A DNA stretch of 64,000 nucleotides from Polyangiales bacterium (GCA_038231275.1 JBBRLQ010000002.1:32001-96000), one strand, 5' to 3'. Shown: positions 40,493 to 50,112, counted from the first letter of the stretch. Translations and numbers: made by a program. Notes: generated from the letters alone by a model not told the origin.

Positions 40493-42130
40493 GTGAAGTT
40501 CCTCTGTGATCAGTGCAAGGCGAAGTACCAGATTGCCGACGAGAAGGTCGCCGGCAAGACGGTGCGAATGAAGTGCCGCAAATGCGGCCACATGATCGAG
40601 GTCCGCGCGGCGGTCACCGAGACGAGCGTCTCCGTAGACATCCCGCGCGAGGACAACCCGGCCGCCGCCGGCGCCCCGCCGCGACCGCCCGCCAAGCCCG
40701 CCGTGCCCAAGCCGACCGGTGGCGCGCTCGCGACGAGCTTCGCGTCGGCGCGTCCGGTCGGGTCGCGCCCGCCGCTCTCTGCGCAGACCGGGCATCCGCA
40801 CCACGCGCCCCCGCACGCCAGCCTGTCCAACGCCTTCAACAAATCCGTTCAGAAGGATGACGACGCGGCGCTCGAGATGCTCGAGATGCACGCCGCGGAC
40901 GAGTGGTACGTCGCGATCAACGGGGTGCCCGTCGGTCCCGTGCGCATGGCGGAGCTTCGCCGCAAGGCCGCGACCGGCGCAGTGACCGAGGACTCGCTCG
41001 TGTGGCAGGAGGGGCTCGAGGAGTGGCGCCCTGTCAAAGCGATAAGCGAGCTCGCGGCGGTCGTCCGCGAGGCGATGGCCGGCGGGCGCGTGTCGCTCGC
41101 GACGCCGCCGCCGCCGGAAGCGCGCAGCAGCTCTTTGCCTCCCGCGCCCCGTCCGATGCCGGGTCCCGCGCCGCGTCCCCCGACGGCGCCTGCCTTCCTC
41201 CCTCAGCGCGCGACGCCGAGCCCACCGGCGGCGATGTCGGCGGCGGCGCGCAGCAACGTCGTCCCGATCACGGGCCGCGGCGGCAACGCGGGCCTCGCCA
41301 CCGCAGAGCGCTTGGATGCGCCGCCGGCGTCGGGGCCGTCGCCGTTCAGCATGCCGGCCCCTGTCGCCGATCCGTTCGCGATGCCGCCGCCGGCCGCGTC
41401 GATGGCGCCGCCGATGGTCGCGCCCGCGACGCCGTCGATGGTCCCGCCGCCCGCGAAGAAGGCGCCGCCGTGGATCGCGATCGCGATGGTGGTCCTCGCG
41501 GGCGCGTTCGGCATCACCGCGGCCATCATCGTCCTGACACGCCCCACGCAGCAGCCCGTCGTCATCCAGATGCCGTCGGCGCAGCCGACCGCCGCGCAGA
41601 TCACGCCGCCTCCCGGAGACGACGTCCCCGCGCCCGATCCGAACGCGCCGACCGCCGCGAACGGCGCCGACGCAGGGGGCGGACGCACCGCCGCGATGCA
41701 CCCCGGTGGCGGAGGAACCAGGCCGGGAGCCAACGGCGGCAACGCGAACCCCGCGCCGCCAAACTCGGCGATCGCCGCGCTCCTCGGTGGCACCAACAAC
41801 GGCCCGACCCCCGGCGGTCCGACGCCCGGCGGCGCGGGTGGCGGCGGTGGAAGCCAGCTCACGAGCGATCAGATCGAGGCCGTTGTCCGCTCGCACCAGA
41901 GCGGCGTGAAGCGCACGTGCTTCGAGCGCATCGCGACTGACAAGACCGGCACCGTGCAGGTCACGGTCAACGCGACGGTCGGCGGCAGCGGCGCAGTTCA
42001 GAGCGTGACGGCGACCGGAAACGATCCGACGATCGCCAAGTGCATCGAAGGTGCGGTCCGCGGCTGGCAATTCCCGCCGACCGGCGCGACGAGCCAGATT
42101 CAGATCCCGTTCAAATTCGTCCGGCAATAG
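40493..42130 (+). CDS. GltJ/AgmX-like protein (zinc ribbon, GYF_2, TM, TonB-C-like)
   Basis: CDQC..CRKC, WYVAING..GP..LVWQEG..W, Pro-rich linker, TM, VKRTCFE..CI..VRGWQFP. Confidence 0.8.
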   Translation: MKFLCDQCKAKYQIADEKVAGKTVRMKCRKCGHMIEVRAAVTETSVSVDIPREDNPAAAGAPPRPPAKPAVPKPTGGALATSFASARPVGSRPPLSAQTGHPHHAPPHASLSNAFNKSVQKDDDAALEMLEMHAADEWYVAINGVPVGPVRMAELRRKAATGAVTEDSLVWQEGLEEWRPVKAISELAAVVREAMAGGRVSLATPPPPEARSSSLPPAPRPMPGPAPRPPTAPAFLPQRATPSPPAAMSAAARSNVVPITGRGGNAGLATAERLDAPPASGPSPFSMPAPVADPFAMPPPAASMAPPMVAPATPSMVPPPAKKAPPWIAIAMVVLAGAFGITAAIIVLTRPTQQPVVIQMPSAQPTAAQITPPPGDDVPAPDPNAPTAANGADAGGGRTAAMHPGGGGTRPGANGGNANPAPPNSAIAALLGGTNNGPTPGGPTPGGAGGGGGSQLTSDQIEAVVRSHQSGVKRTCFERIATDKTGTVQVTVNATVGGSGAVQSVTATGNDPTIAKCIEGAVRGWQFPPTGATSQIQIPFKFVRQ

Positions 42131-42238
42131 CGCGGACGTCGTCTGCAGCGACCCCAAGAAGGCGCTCGAATACGCTGAATCCCAGGGTGAAGACGTCCGT
42201 CGAACGGGCGTAGCTTCGCGTATCGTGGGGTTCTCGAA

Positions 42239-43114
42239 ATGAATGGAAGACCGCTAGCACTGCTGTTCGCACTTGGCGTAGCTACGCTCGCGGTCGCGGC
42301 CAACGCCGGTGCCGACGCGCCGCCGCCGGCTCCCGTCGCTCCGAACCTGTCGCTCCAGGCGGCGCGCGCGTCCACGGGCGAAGCGCTGAAGGTCGTCGTC
42401 CAAAAGCTCCCTGCGGCTTCGCAGCAGAAGATCACCGGCGTGTACGTGGCGTTCGCGCCCGATCCGAAGGCCCCGCTCGCGCTGGCCGCGTGCGACGACG
42501 ACGGCGACTACGTCGTCGTGCTGAGCGACGCGATGCTCACGCTGGTGGACGCCGTCGCGCGCGCGAAGGCGACCGACGACGCGCTGGGCTCGGGCAAGCT
42601 CGACGCGTACGCGCGCTTGCTCGCGAAGGGACAGCGTCCGGGCGAGCGCTTGCTGACGCCGCCCGCAGGATTTTACGACGCGGCGCAGACGACTCCGGAG
42701 CTCGCGCGCGCGCAGAACAAGCAGTTTCGCGCGATCGCGACGTACCTCGTGGCGACCGAGGTGAGCCACATGACCGCAGGCGATCTCGTCTGCGGGCACC
42801 CGACCGCGACGCACGAGCGCGGCGACGACGAGTGGACGCCGTCGGAGCACGAGGCCGCGCTCGCCGCGACACGCATCGTCCACGAAGCGCGACACGTCGC
42901 GACCGCCGACGCGCACGGCGCGAGCCTCGCGGCCGAGACCGGCGAGCGCGACGGCGGGTACGTCGCGCTCCTCATGCCGCTCATGGCAGCGATCGAGGCG
43001 AGCGCCACCGGGCGGGCGAGCGTGCCTTACGTGGAGCACCACCAGAACCAAGCGGTGCGCGCGCAGATCGTCCAGACCGTCACGGGCAAGGCGCGAACGC
43101 GCGCGGCGCCGTAA
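42239..43114 (+). CDS. Secreted M48-peptidase-like protein with degenerate active site
   Basis: Signal peptide; VVLSDAML; YLVATEVSH in place of HExxH; ADAHG; HHQ..R. Confidence 0.5.
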   Translation: MNGRPLALLFALGVATLAVAANAGADAPPPAPVAPNLSLQAARASTGEALKVVVQKLPAASQQKITGVYVAFAPDPKAPLALAACDDDGDYVVVLSDAMLTLVDAVARAKATDDALGSGKLDAYARLLAKGQRPGERLLTPPAGFYDAAQTTPELARAQNKQFRAIATYLVATEVSHMTAGDLVCGHPTATHERGDDEWTPSEHEAALAATRIVHEARHVATADAHGASLAAETGERDGGYVALLMPLMAAIEASATGRASVPYVEHHQNQAVRAQIVQTVTGKARTRAAP

Positions 43115-43256
43115 GGACGCGCATGCCGGCGCGTTGATCGAGGGAATGTCCTAAAAACAGCCGCGAAAACCTTTGCACAACCCCGGGCCATCCTCTTGTA
43201 AAGTACCGCCCGCGTGACATGCGCCCCGTAACGGCGCGCTTCTCTGGAGGCGTTTC

Positions 43257-44072
43257 ATGAAAAATCGTGACCTAGTCCGAAACTGCTCGTTTGCGGCGCT
43301 CGGCGTCGCCTGCCTTCTGCCGCTCGCGTGCGGCTCGAAGGACAAGCCGGCCGACAACCCGACGAACGCGAGCGGTAGCGTCGCGATGGGTCAGCCGCCG
43401 CCGGGCGGATACCCGCCGGGCGCCTACCCGCAACAGCAGCCGGCCGGCTATCCGCAGCAGCAGCCGGGTGGCTACCCGCAGCAGCAGCCGGGTGGCTATC
43501 CGCAGCAGCAGCCGCCGGGTGGACAGCCGCCGGGTGGACAGCCGCCGCCGGGCGGACAGCCGGCCCCCGCGGGCAGCCAGCCGGGCCCGCTCGGCAACGT
43601 CAACCTCCAGGACCCGAACGCGCTCGCGGCGCTCTTCGCCCAGGCCGCGGCCGCCGGCGGCGCGCTCCTCCAGCAGCCCGGCGCCATCCCCGGCGATCCG
43701 GTCGAGGCGGGCCTCAAGATCTCCGCCGCGAAGAACGCCGCCGGCATGCAGCCGGAAGGGCAGATCGCGAAGGGCAACCTGAAGGAGGGTGAGCACCTGA
43801 CCTTCCTCGTCCCGATGACCGCGGGCAAGTGCTACACGATCCTCGGCTTCTCGCCGCCTGGTCAGGTGAAAAACCTCGACCTCAACCTGCTCGCGCCGCC
43901 CTTCTACAACATGCTCTCGGGGCAGGACACGACCGACAACAACATGCCGGTCGTCGGCAAGGGCAACCAGCCGATGTGCCCGCTCATCCCGGGCCTCCAG
44001 TACAAGGTCGACATCGTCGCCCGCGCGGGCACCGGCCAGGTCGGCGCGCAGGTGTACTCGAAGAACAAGTAA
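43257..44072 (+). CDS. Lipoprotein with YPQQQPGG repeats and a C-terminal beta-sandwich-like domain
   Basis: PLAC lipobox; paralogue of 44137-44832. Confidence 0.8.
   Translation: MKNRDLVRNCSFAALGVACLLPLACGSKDKPADNPTNASGSVAMGQPPPGGYPPGAYPQQQPAGYPQQQPGGYPQQQPGGYPQQQPPGGQPPGGQPPPGGQPAPAGSQPGPLGNVNLQDPNALAALFAQAAAAGGALLQQPGAIPGDPVEAGLKISAAKNAAGMQPEGQIAKGNLKEGEHLTFLVPMTAGKCYTILGFSPPGQVKNLDLNLLAPPFYNMLSGQDTTDNNMPVVGKGNQPMCPLIPGLQYKVDIVARAGTGQVGAQVYSKNK
43425..43562 (+). repeat. Coding tandem repeats: 4 x 24 nt (YPQQQP.G) then about 3 x 15 nt (GGQPP)
   Basis: Read directly from the sequence. Confidence 0.85.
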
Positions 44073-44136
44073 GTCGCCGCGCCGCGCCGCCAGAGGCGCG
44101 ACGAACAACCGCTACCTACGAGAAGAGGCCTTCCGC

Positions 44137-44832
44137 ATGCCGACGTGTCGCTCGCACCTCATCGCGCTGTTCCTCGTTTCCACCGCAACCTCCGCGCTCG
44201 CGGCCGGGTGTGGCGGAGACAAGAAGCCCGCGGATGGACCGCCGGTGCCGACGGCCTCTTCTCCCCTTCCCCCGCTGCCGCCACCCGCCGAGGACGCGGG
44301 CCCGACGACGGCCGCGACACCTGACGCGGGCCCGCCGTCGCCGCTCTCCACGATCCTCACCACCGATCCGAACGTCCTCAATCCTCTCCTCCAAGCGGCG
44401 CAGACCGCGGCTGCCGCGCTGATGCAGAACCCCGGCGCCGTCCCCGGCGATCCGATCGAGGCCGGCATCAAAGCGTCGGCCGCTGCCCACGCGAAGGGCA
44501 TGAAGGGCGAAGGCCAGATCGCGAAGGCGGACCTGAAGGAGGGCGACCACGCCTCGATGATGGTCACGCTCCAAGCGGGCAAGTGCTACGCGATCGTCGG
44601 CTTCGCGGCGAAGGCGTCCGTGCAAGATCTCGATCTGCGCCTGCTCGCGCCGCCGTTCTTCAACATGCTCTCGGGCGAGGACACGACGGACGATCACATG
44701 CCGGTCATCGGCAAGGATCCGACGCCCATGTGCCCGCTCATCTCGAGCCCGCTGCCGTACAAGGTCGACATCCACGCGCAGAAGGGCGCGGGCAAGGTCG
44801 GCGTGCAGCTCTTCTCGAAGCCGGCGAAGTAA
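44137..44832 (+). CDS. Lipoprotein, paralogue of the upstream gene
   Basis: AAGC lipobox; shares PGDP.EAG, EGQIAK..LKEG.H, AGKCY, LLAPPF.NMLSG.DTTD, PMCPLI. Confidence 0.82.
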   Translation: MPTCRSHLIALFLVSTATSALAAGCGGDKKPADGPPVPTASSPLPPLPPPAEDAGPTTAATPDAGPPSPLSTILTTDPNVLNPLLQAAQTAAAALMQNPGAVPGDPIEAGIKASAAAHAKGMKGEGQIAKADLKEGDHASMMVTLQAGKCYAIVGFAAKASVQDLDLRLLAPPFFNMLSGEDTTDDHMPVIGKDPTPMCPLISSPLPYKVDIHAQKGAGKVGVQLFSKPAK

Positions 44833-44889
44833 ACGCCATACGCGTGCACTTTGCACGCAACCGGCGGCGCGCGGTGCCGATGGGGGATC

Positions 44890-45789
44890 GTGAATACGAT
44901 CTACCGTCACGACGCCGAGTATCCGATCCGCCTCACCAAGCTCGAGAAGCCCCCGCCCGAGATCACGATCTCCGCGCCGCTCGAGCCAGGTATCGTGGTC
45001 GCCATCGTCGGCACGCGCAAGCCGTGCAAGGAGGCCGCCGCCTTCGCACGCCTGCTCGCGGCGAAGGTTGTGGAAGCCGGCGGCATCATCGCGTCGGGCG
45101 CCGCGCTCGGGATCGACACCGCCGCGCACCTAGGTGCGCTCGACGCTGGAGGTCGAACGTGGGCGGTCGCGCCATCGGGGAGCGACCACGAGGTCCCCTC
45201 CTCCAACGCGCCGCTCTATTCGCGCATCCGTTCGAGCGCCGGCTCGGCCGTGATCTGGCCCTTCCCCGCCGACGTGTGCGGCCGCCATTGGCCATTCCTC
45301 CAGCGCAACGGCGTCCTCGCGGCGCTCTCCGACGCGCTCGTCATCGTGCAGGCAGGCTTCAAGTCCGGCGCCCGAAACGCCGCGAGCTGGGCGCGCATGG
45401 TGAAGTGCCCGGTCTGGGTCGTCGCCCCCGCGCCGTGGGAGCCGACGGGCAACCTAGGCGTACCAGAGGAGGAGCGTCCCGACTTCCGCGGCTGCATCTT
45501 GGAGCTCGAGGGTGGCGCCTGCCTCCTGACTCGCCCAGCTCGACTGCTCGACGCGCTCGGACTGAATCGTCCTCATCAAAAAACGAACGCGACCTTGCCC
45601 CTGTTTACGCGCCCCCTCAGCGAGGCGGAAGCCCGCGTAGTCAAAGGCCTCTCTGGGTCACCTCAGCACGCCGACGAAGTGGCCCTCCGCGTGGGGCTGG
45701 ACGCCCCCACGGTCGCTACGGCGCTCTTGACGCTTGCTTTAGAGGACGTAGTAGTAGAAGGCCCAGGAGGGTTCTTTCGTCGTGCCTAA
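44890..45789 (+). CDS. dprA: DNA processing protein DprA/Smf
   Basis: VAIVGTR, SGAALGID.AAH, F.QRN, QAG.KSG; winged-helix tail; upstream of topA. Confidence 0.9.
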   Translation: MNTIYRHDAEYPIRLTKLEKPPPEITISAPLEPGIVVAIVGTRKPCKEAAAFARLLAAKVVEAGGIIASGAALGIDTAAHLGALDAGGRTWAVAPSGSDHEVPSSNAPLYSRIRSSAGSAVIWPFPADVCGRHWPFLQRNGVLAALSDALVIVQAGFKSGARNAASWARMVKCPVWVVAPAPWEPTGNLGVPEEERPDFRGCILELEGGACLLTRPARLLDALGLNRPHQKTNATLPLFTRPLSEAEARVVKGLSGSPQHADEVALRVGLDAPTVATALLTLALEDVVVEGPGGFFRRA

Positions 45790-45861
45790 CGGGCTAAGGC
45801 ATCGGAACCGTTTTGGATTGTCCACTCGTTCACGTGATATCTCGTCCGAAGGGCTCGTTTG

Positions 45862-48294
45862 ATGGCTAAGACGTTGGTGGTCGTGGAGTCGCCGGCAAAG
45901 GCGAAGACGATCAAGAAATACCTCGGGTCCGAGTACGAGGTCTTGGCCTCCAAGGGGCACATCAAGGACCTCCCCAAGAAGATGGGGATCGACATCGAGG
46001 GGGGCACCTTCAAGGAGACCTACGAGGTCGTCGTCGGCAAAGAGAAGGTCGTCGAGGAGCTGAAGGCTGCCGCCGCGAAGGCGAAGGACATCCTGTTCGC
46101 GACCGACCCCGATCGCGAAGGCGAGGCGATCGCGTTCCATCTGGCGGAAGAGCTGACCGGCTCGTCGAAGGGCGCAAAGCGCGTCGAGTTCCACGAGATC
46201 ACGAAGAACGGCGTCAAGAAGGGCGTCGAGCATCCCCGCGCCCTCAACGCGGACCTCTACGATGCGCAGCGCTGCCGCCGCGTCCTCGATCGCATCGTCG
46301 GCTACGACGTGTCGGCGCTCGTGTGGAGCAAGCTCGCCTTTGGTCTCTCGGCCGGACGCGTGCAGTCGGTCGCCTTGCGCCTCATCGTCGATCGCGAGCG
46401 CGAAATCGAAGCGTTCGTTCCCGAGGAGTACTGGAACATCGGCTGCGGTTTGTCGCAGGTGAACGGCGGCGGGAAGCGCCCGACGTTCCACGCGCGCCTC
46501 ACGCAGAAGAACAAAGAGCGCCTCTCGGTCACCAACGGCGAGACCGCCGCGCAGATCAAGGCCGATCTCCAAGGTGCGACGTACAAGGTCGCGAAGATCA
46601 CCAAGAGCGAGCGCAGGCGAAAGGCCCCGAGCCCGTACACGACGAGCAAGCTCCAGCAGGACGCCGTCAACCGCATGGGCTTCACCGCCAAGCGCACGAT
46701 GCAGGTCGCGCAGGGGCTCTACGAGGGCGTCGATCTCGGCAAGGACGACGGCGGTCCGGTCGGTCTGATCACGTACATGCGTACCGACTCGACGCGAACG
46801 GCGCCCGAGGCGATCGAGGCGGTGCGCGGAATCATCGAGAGCACCTACGGCGCGCAATACCTGCCGAAGGAGCCGAACGCCTTCAAGAGCAAGAAGGGCG
46901 CGCAGGACGCGCACGAGGCGATCCGCCCGACGATGCTCGATCATCCGCCGGAGGCCGTGCGAAAGCACCTCAAGGAGGAGCAGTACAAGCTCTACAAGAT
47001 GATCTGGGAGCGCTTCGTCGCCAGCCAGATGAAGGAAGCCGTCTACGACCAGACCGGCGTCGACATCGAGGCGAAGATCGCGTCGGGCGACGTCTACGCC
47101 CTGCGCGTCGGCGGTCGCGTGCTGAAGTTCGCAGGTTGGCTCGATGCGTACGGCACCGGCGACAGCAAGCTCGCAGGTGAAGAAGAGGGCGACGCGAAGG
47201 ACGCGGCGGCCGAAGGGACCAAGGTCCCGACCGAGGCGGCCGAGGACGCGACGCTGCCGGAGATGACCGAGGGCGAGGCGCTCAAGCTGACCGATCCCCC
47301 CGGCGTGCTCGCGGAGCAGAAGTTCACGCAGCCGCCGCCGCGCTACAGCGAAGGCTCGCTCGTGCGCGAGCTCGAGGAGCGCGGCATCGGTCGACCGTCC
47401 ACCTACGCCGAGATCATCAGCAAGGTGCAGGCGCGCGACTACGTCGAGAAGATGGAGGGCGGGCGGCAGTTCCGGCCGACCTTGCTCGGCAAGTTCGTCG
47501 TGGACGGTCTCGTCGCCGCGAAGCTCGATTTCATGGATCCGGCGTTCACCTCCGCGATGGAAGAGGAGCTCGACGAGGTCGAGGCCGGCAACGAGAAGCG
47601 CGTCGAGCTCTTGAAGCGCTTCTACAAAAAATTCCGCGAGCAGCTCGACCTCGGCAAGAAGGGCAAGCGCTGGAACCCCGAGCCGGTGGCGACGGGCGAG
47701 AAGTGCGACGTGTGCGGCGAAGGCGAGATGTTCAAGCGCTGGAGCAAGAACGGCTGGTTCCTCGGCTGCAACAACTACCCGAAGTGCAAGAACACGCGCG
47801 ACCTCGGGCCCGACGGGACCGGCGCGGCGGCGCTGCGCGAGACGGGGATCGACTGCAACGTGTGCGGCAAGCCCATGGTGATCCGAAGCGGTCGCTACGG
47901 GGAGTTCTTGTCGTGCACGGGGTATCCGGCGTGCAAGAACGCGCGACCGGTACCGCTCGGAGTGCCATGCCCGAAGTGCGGCGGCGACATCATCGAGGTC
48001 CGTCCGAAGAAGCGCGGCGGCAAGACGTTCTACGGATGCAGCAACTACAACGCCGAGACAATCAAGTGCGACTTCAAGGTCTGGCAGAAGCCGATCAAGG
48101 AAGCGTGCCCGGATTGCGGCGCGAAGTTCCTCGTCTACGGCGGCACGAAGGCGAAGCCGATGATCGCGTGCGCCAACAAGGAGTGCGGCTACAAGAGGCC
48201 GCTTCCCACCGAAGAAGAGGTCGCGGCGGCAGCGGCAGCGGCAGCGGCAGCCGCGGCGACAGCAACCGATGCAGGGGCGACGCCCGTAAGTTAG
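45862..48294 (+). CDS. topA: DNA topoisomerase I with four C-terminal zinc ribbons
   Basis: VVESPAK, DPDREGE, SAGRVQS, ITYMRTD, AHEAIRP, GIGRPSTY, four CxxC modules. Confidence 0.98.
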   Translation: MAKTLVVVESPAKAKTIKKYLGSEYEVLASKGHIKDLPKKMGIDIEGGTFKETYEVVVGKEKVVEELKAAAAKAKDILFATDPDREGEAIAFHLAEELTGSSKGAKRVEFHEITKNGVKKGVEHPRALNADLYDAQRCRRVLDRIVGYDVSALVWSKLAFGLSAGRVQSVALRLIVDREREIEAFVPEEYWNIGCGLSQVNGGGKRPTFHARLTQKNKERLSVTNGETAAQIKADLQGATYKVAKITKSERRRKAPSPYTTSKLQQDAVNRMGFTAKRTMQVAQGLYEGVDLGKDDGGPVGLITYMRTDSTRTAPEAIEAVRGIIESTYGAQYLPKEPNAFKSKKGAQDAHEAIRPTMLDHPPEAVRKHLKEEQYKLYKMIWERFVASQMKEAVYDQTGVDIEAKIASGDVYALRVGGRVLKFAGWLDAYGTGDSKLAGEEEGDAKDAAAEGTKVPTEAAEDATLPEMTEGEALKLTDPPGVLAEQKFTQPPPRYSEGSLVRELEERGIGRPSTYAEIISKVQARDYVEKMEGGRQFRPTLLGKFVVDGLVAAKLDFMDPAFTSAMEEELDEVEAGNEKRVELLKRFYKKFREQLDLGKKGKRWNPEPVATGEKCDVCGEGEMFKRWSKNGWFLGCNNYPKCKNTRDLGPDGTGAAALRETGIDCNVCGKPMVIRSGRYGEFLSCTGYPACKNARPVPLGVPCPKCGGDIIEVRPKKRGGKTFYGCSNYNAETIKCDFKVWQKPIKEACPDCGAKFLVYGGTKAKPMIACANKECGYKRPLPTEEEVAAAAAAAAAAAATATDAGATPVS

Positions 48295-48339
48295 CGGCGG
48301 CGCGACGACGGAATTGGGGTGGTGCGGACATTCGTGGGG

Positions 48340-48777
48340 ATGGATCTGCGCTCGGGGATCGTCGGCGCCGCGCTGTTCGCGGGGGCGTGTGGATCGGTAG
48401 CGGGCACGGAGGTCGACGCGGCGGCGCCGGATGCAGGCGACGCGGAGGCGCGAGATGGCGCGGGCGGCACGTTCGGTGGCTCGGACGCGGGAAGCGACGT
48501 CGCGTGGGCGACCGATTCCGCGTGCGGCGACGGCGGGCTAGATGGCGACGCGGGAGCGACGTTTGCGTGTGGCACGGCGACGTGCGCGGCCGAGAGCGAG
48601 TATTGCGGACGGTTCGCGGCGGGGCTCCGGCCGTTCTTGGAGCCTCAGCGCGGGTGCCAGCCCTTGCCGTGCGGCTGTGTGCCAGAGCGGAGCTGCGCGT
48701 GCTTGGGGGTGCTGCCGGACTATTGCCAGTGCAGCACCGTTGCCGGCGCGATCACGGTGACGTGCAGCTTGCCGTGA
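48340..48777 (+). CDS. Small Cys-rich lipoprotein
   Basis: FAGAC lipobox, DAG linker, C-terminal Cys-rich domain (CQPLPCGC..SCACL). Confidence 0.65.
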   Translation: MDLRSGIVGAALFAGACGSVAGTEVDAAAPDAGDAEARDGAGGTFGGSDAGSDVAWATDSACGDGGLDGDAGATFACGTATCAAESEYCGRFAAGLRPFLEPQRGCQPLPCGCVPERSCACLGVLPDYCQCSTVAGAITVTCSLP

Positions 48778-48781
48778 ACGG

Positions 48782-49438
48782 TTAGGCGGTCTTTACGGCG
48801 TATGCGAGGCCGTCGCCGAGCGGAAGGACGACGGCGCGCAGATCCTTGTGGCTGACCATCGCGAGGTTGAAGGCGCGGATGGCTTCGACGCGGGGGCGCT
48901 CGGTGGCGGGGACGGACTCGCGGGCGACCATGCCGCGCCACAGGACGTTGTCCGCGATGAGGACGCCGCCCTTCACGAGGCGCGGGATCGCGAGCTCGAG
49001 GTAGCGCGGATATTCTTCTTTGACGCAGTCGATGTAGACGAGGTCGATGGGCTGGGTGATCTTTTCGAGCTCGGCGGTAGCGGAGCCTTGGAGGACCTCG
49101 ATGCGTGAGGCGAGGCCGGCCTCGGCGACGTAGGCGCGCGCGGTCGCGCAGAGATCGTGGGACAGCTCGATGGTAAGGACCTTCGCGTCGGGGCCTGCGG
49201 CACGCGCGAGGACGATCGCGCCGTAGCCGATGTTGGTGCCCAGCTCGACGACGAAGCGTGGACGGGCGGCGCGCGCGGTGACGGCGAGGAAGGACGCCAC
49301 CTCAGGATCGCTGATGGGCATGCCACGCTCTTGGGCGTGGACCTCCATGCGATGGAGGAGCGCGTCGCGCGGGGGCTCGAGCGCTTCGAGGTAGAGCGCT
49401 TGCTCCCGTCGTAGGATGGCGTCGGCGGACTCCTTCAT
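48782..49438 (-). CDS. Cation-dependent O-methyltransferase (caffeoyl-CoA OMT/COMT-like)
   Basis: ELGTNIGYG, IDCVK, IADNVLW.G, PLGDG. Confidence 0.92.
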   Translation of the reverse strand: MKESADAILRREQALYLEALEPPRDALLHRMEVHAQERGMPISDPEVASFLAVTARAARPRFVVELGTNIGYGAIVLARAAGPDAKVLTIELSHDLCATARAYVAEAGLASRIEVLQGSATAELEKITQPIDLVYIDCVKEEYPRYLELAIPRLVKGGVLIADNVLWRGMVARESVPATERPRVEAIRAFNLAMVSHKDLRAVVLPLGDGLAYAVKTA

Positions 49439-49462
49439 CTTCTACTTCTACTTCTTCTGCTT

Positions 49463-49990
49463 CTACTTCTTCTTCTTCTCGACGATGTCCTCTTTGAGGG
49501 GCGCGAGCTTCTCGACGACCTCGGCTTGCTCGGCGTCCGCGACCTTGAGCTCGCCCATCGCGAGCTTGAGGTCCATGACGATGGCGTCGAACTGCGCGTC
49601 CGTGATCTTCATGCCCTTGTGCGCCAGCTTCATGTCCTTGCCGGCGTACTTGCAGGGGCCGCCGGTGACCTCGCAGATTTGGTCGGTGAGGTTCTTCTTG
49701 AAGGCGTCGAGCTTGGGGCCTTTGGTGGCCTTGAAGGACTTGTTGACCGCCGGGTCCTGGGTGACGTTCTCGACGAACTTGTCGACCACGGCCTTCACGC
49801 CTTCGGCGCCACCGAGGCGATCGAAGAGGGATTTGGGCGGCGGCGTAGCGTCCTCAACGGGCGGGCCGGCGTCTGCCACGACCTCGGAGACCGGCGGCTC
49901 GGGGGTCACGGGCGGCTTCTTCTTGCCGCACGCCGCGAAGGCGACGAGCGCGAGGATCGGGAAAAGGGCGACGAGGAGGCGGGCTCTCAT
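49463..49990 (-). CDS. Group I truncated haemoglobin with lipoprotein signal
   Basis: SLFDRLGG..GV.AVVD.F, TGGPCKY.G.DM..AH.GM.I; N-terminal FAACG lipobox. Confidence 0.9.
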   Translation of the reverse strand: MRARLLVALFPILALVAFAACGKKKPPVTPEPPVSEVVADAGPPVEDATPPPKSLFDRLGGAEGVKAVVDKFVENVTQDPAVNKSFKATKGPKLDAFKKNLTDQICEVTGGPCKYAGKDMKLAHKGMKITDAQFDAIVMDLKLAMGELKVADAEQAEVVEKLAPLKEDIVEKKKK

Positions 49991-50005
49991 GACTCAGCTG
50001 GACTA

Positions 50006-50038
50006 TAGAGCGAACGTCGTTTGACCGGAACCGGCAAA
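50006..50038 (-). promoter_or_regulatory. 33-bp upstream element, copy 2
   Basis: + strand tagagcgaacgtcgtttgaccggaaccggcaaa; ends 15 nt before the globin ATG; runs into TATAGT on the minus strand. Confidence 0.6.
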
Positions 50039-50112
50039 ACTTCGCGGCCGTGAAACGAAATCCAGGTGCGGCAGGGGTCCCGGTGGCCCTCGTTTCGCGG
50101 TAGAAGATCGGC

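Noticed and set aside
43173-43204. TTGCAC...TAAAGT sigma70 promoter
   Set aside because: The 20-nt spacer is too long.
43425-43562. Regular direct repeats as a possible CRISPR array
   Set aside because: No unique spacers, in-frame coding repeats, no cas genes.
48224-48262. (GCAGCG)n repeat at the end of topA
   Set aside because: Ordinary in-frame poly-Ala tail.
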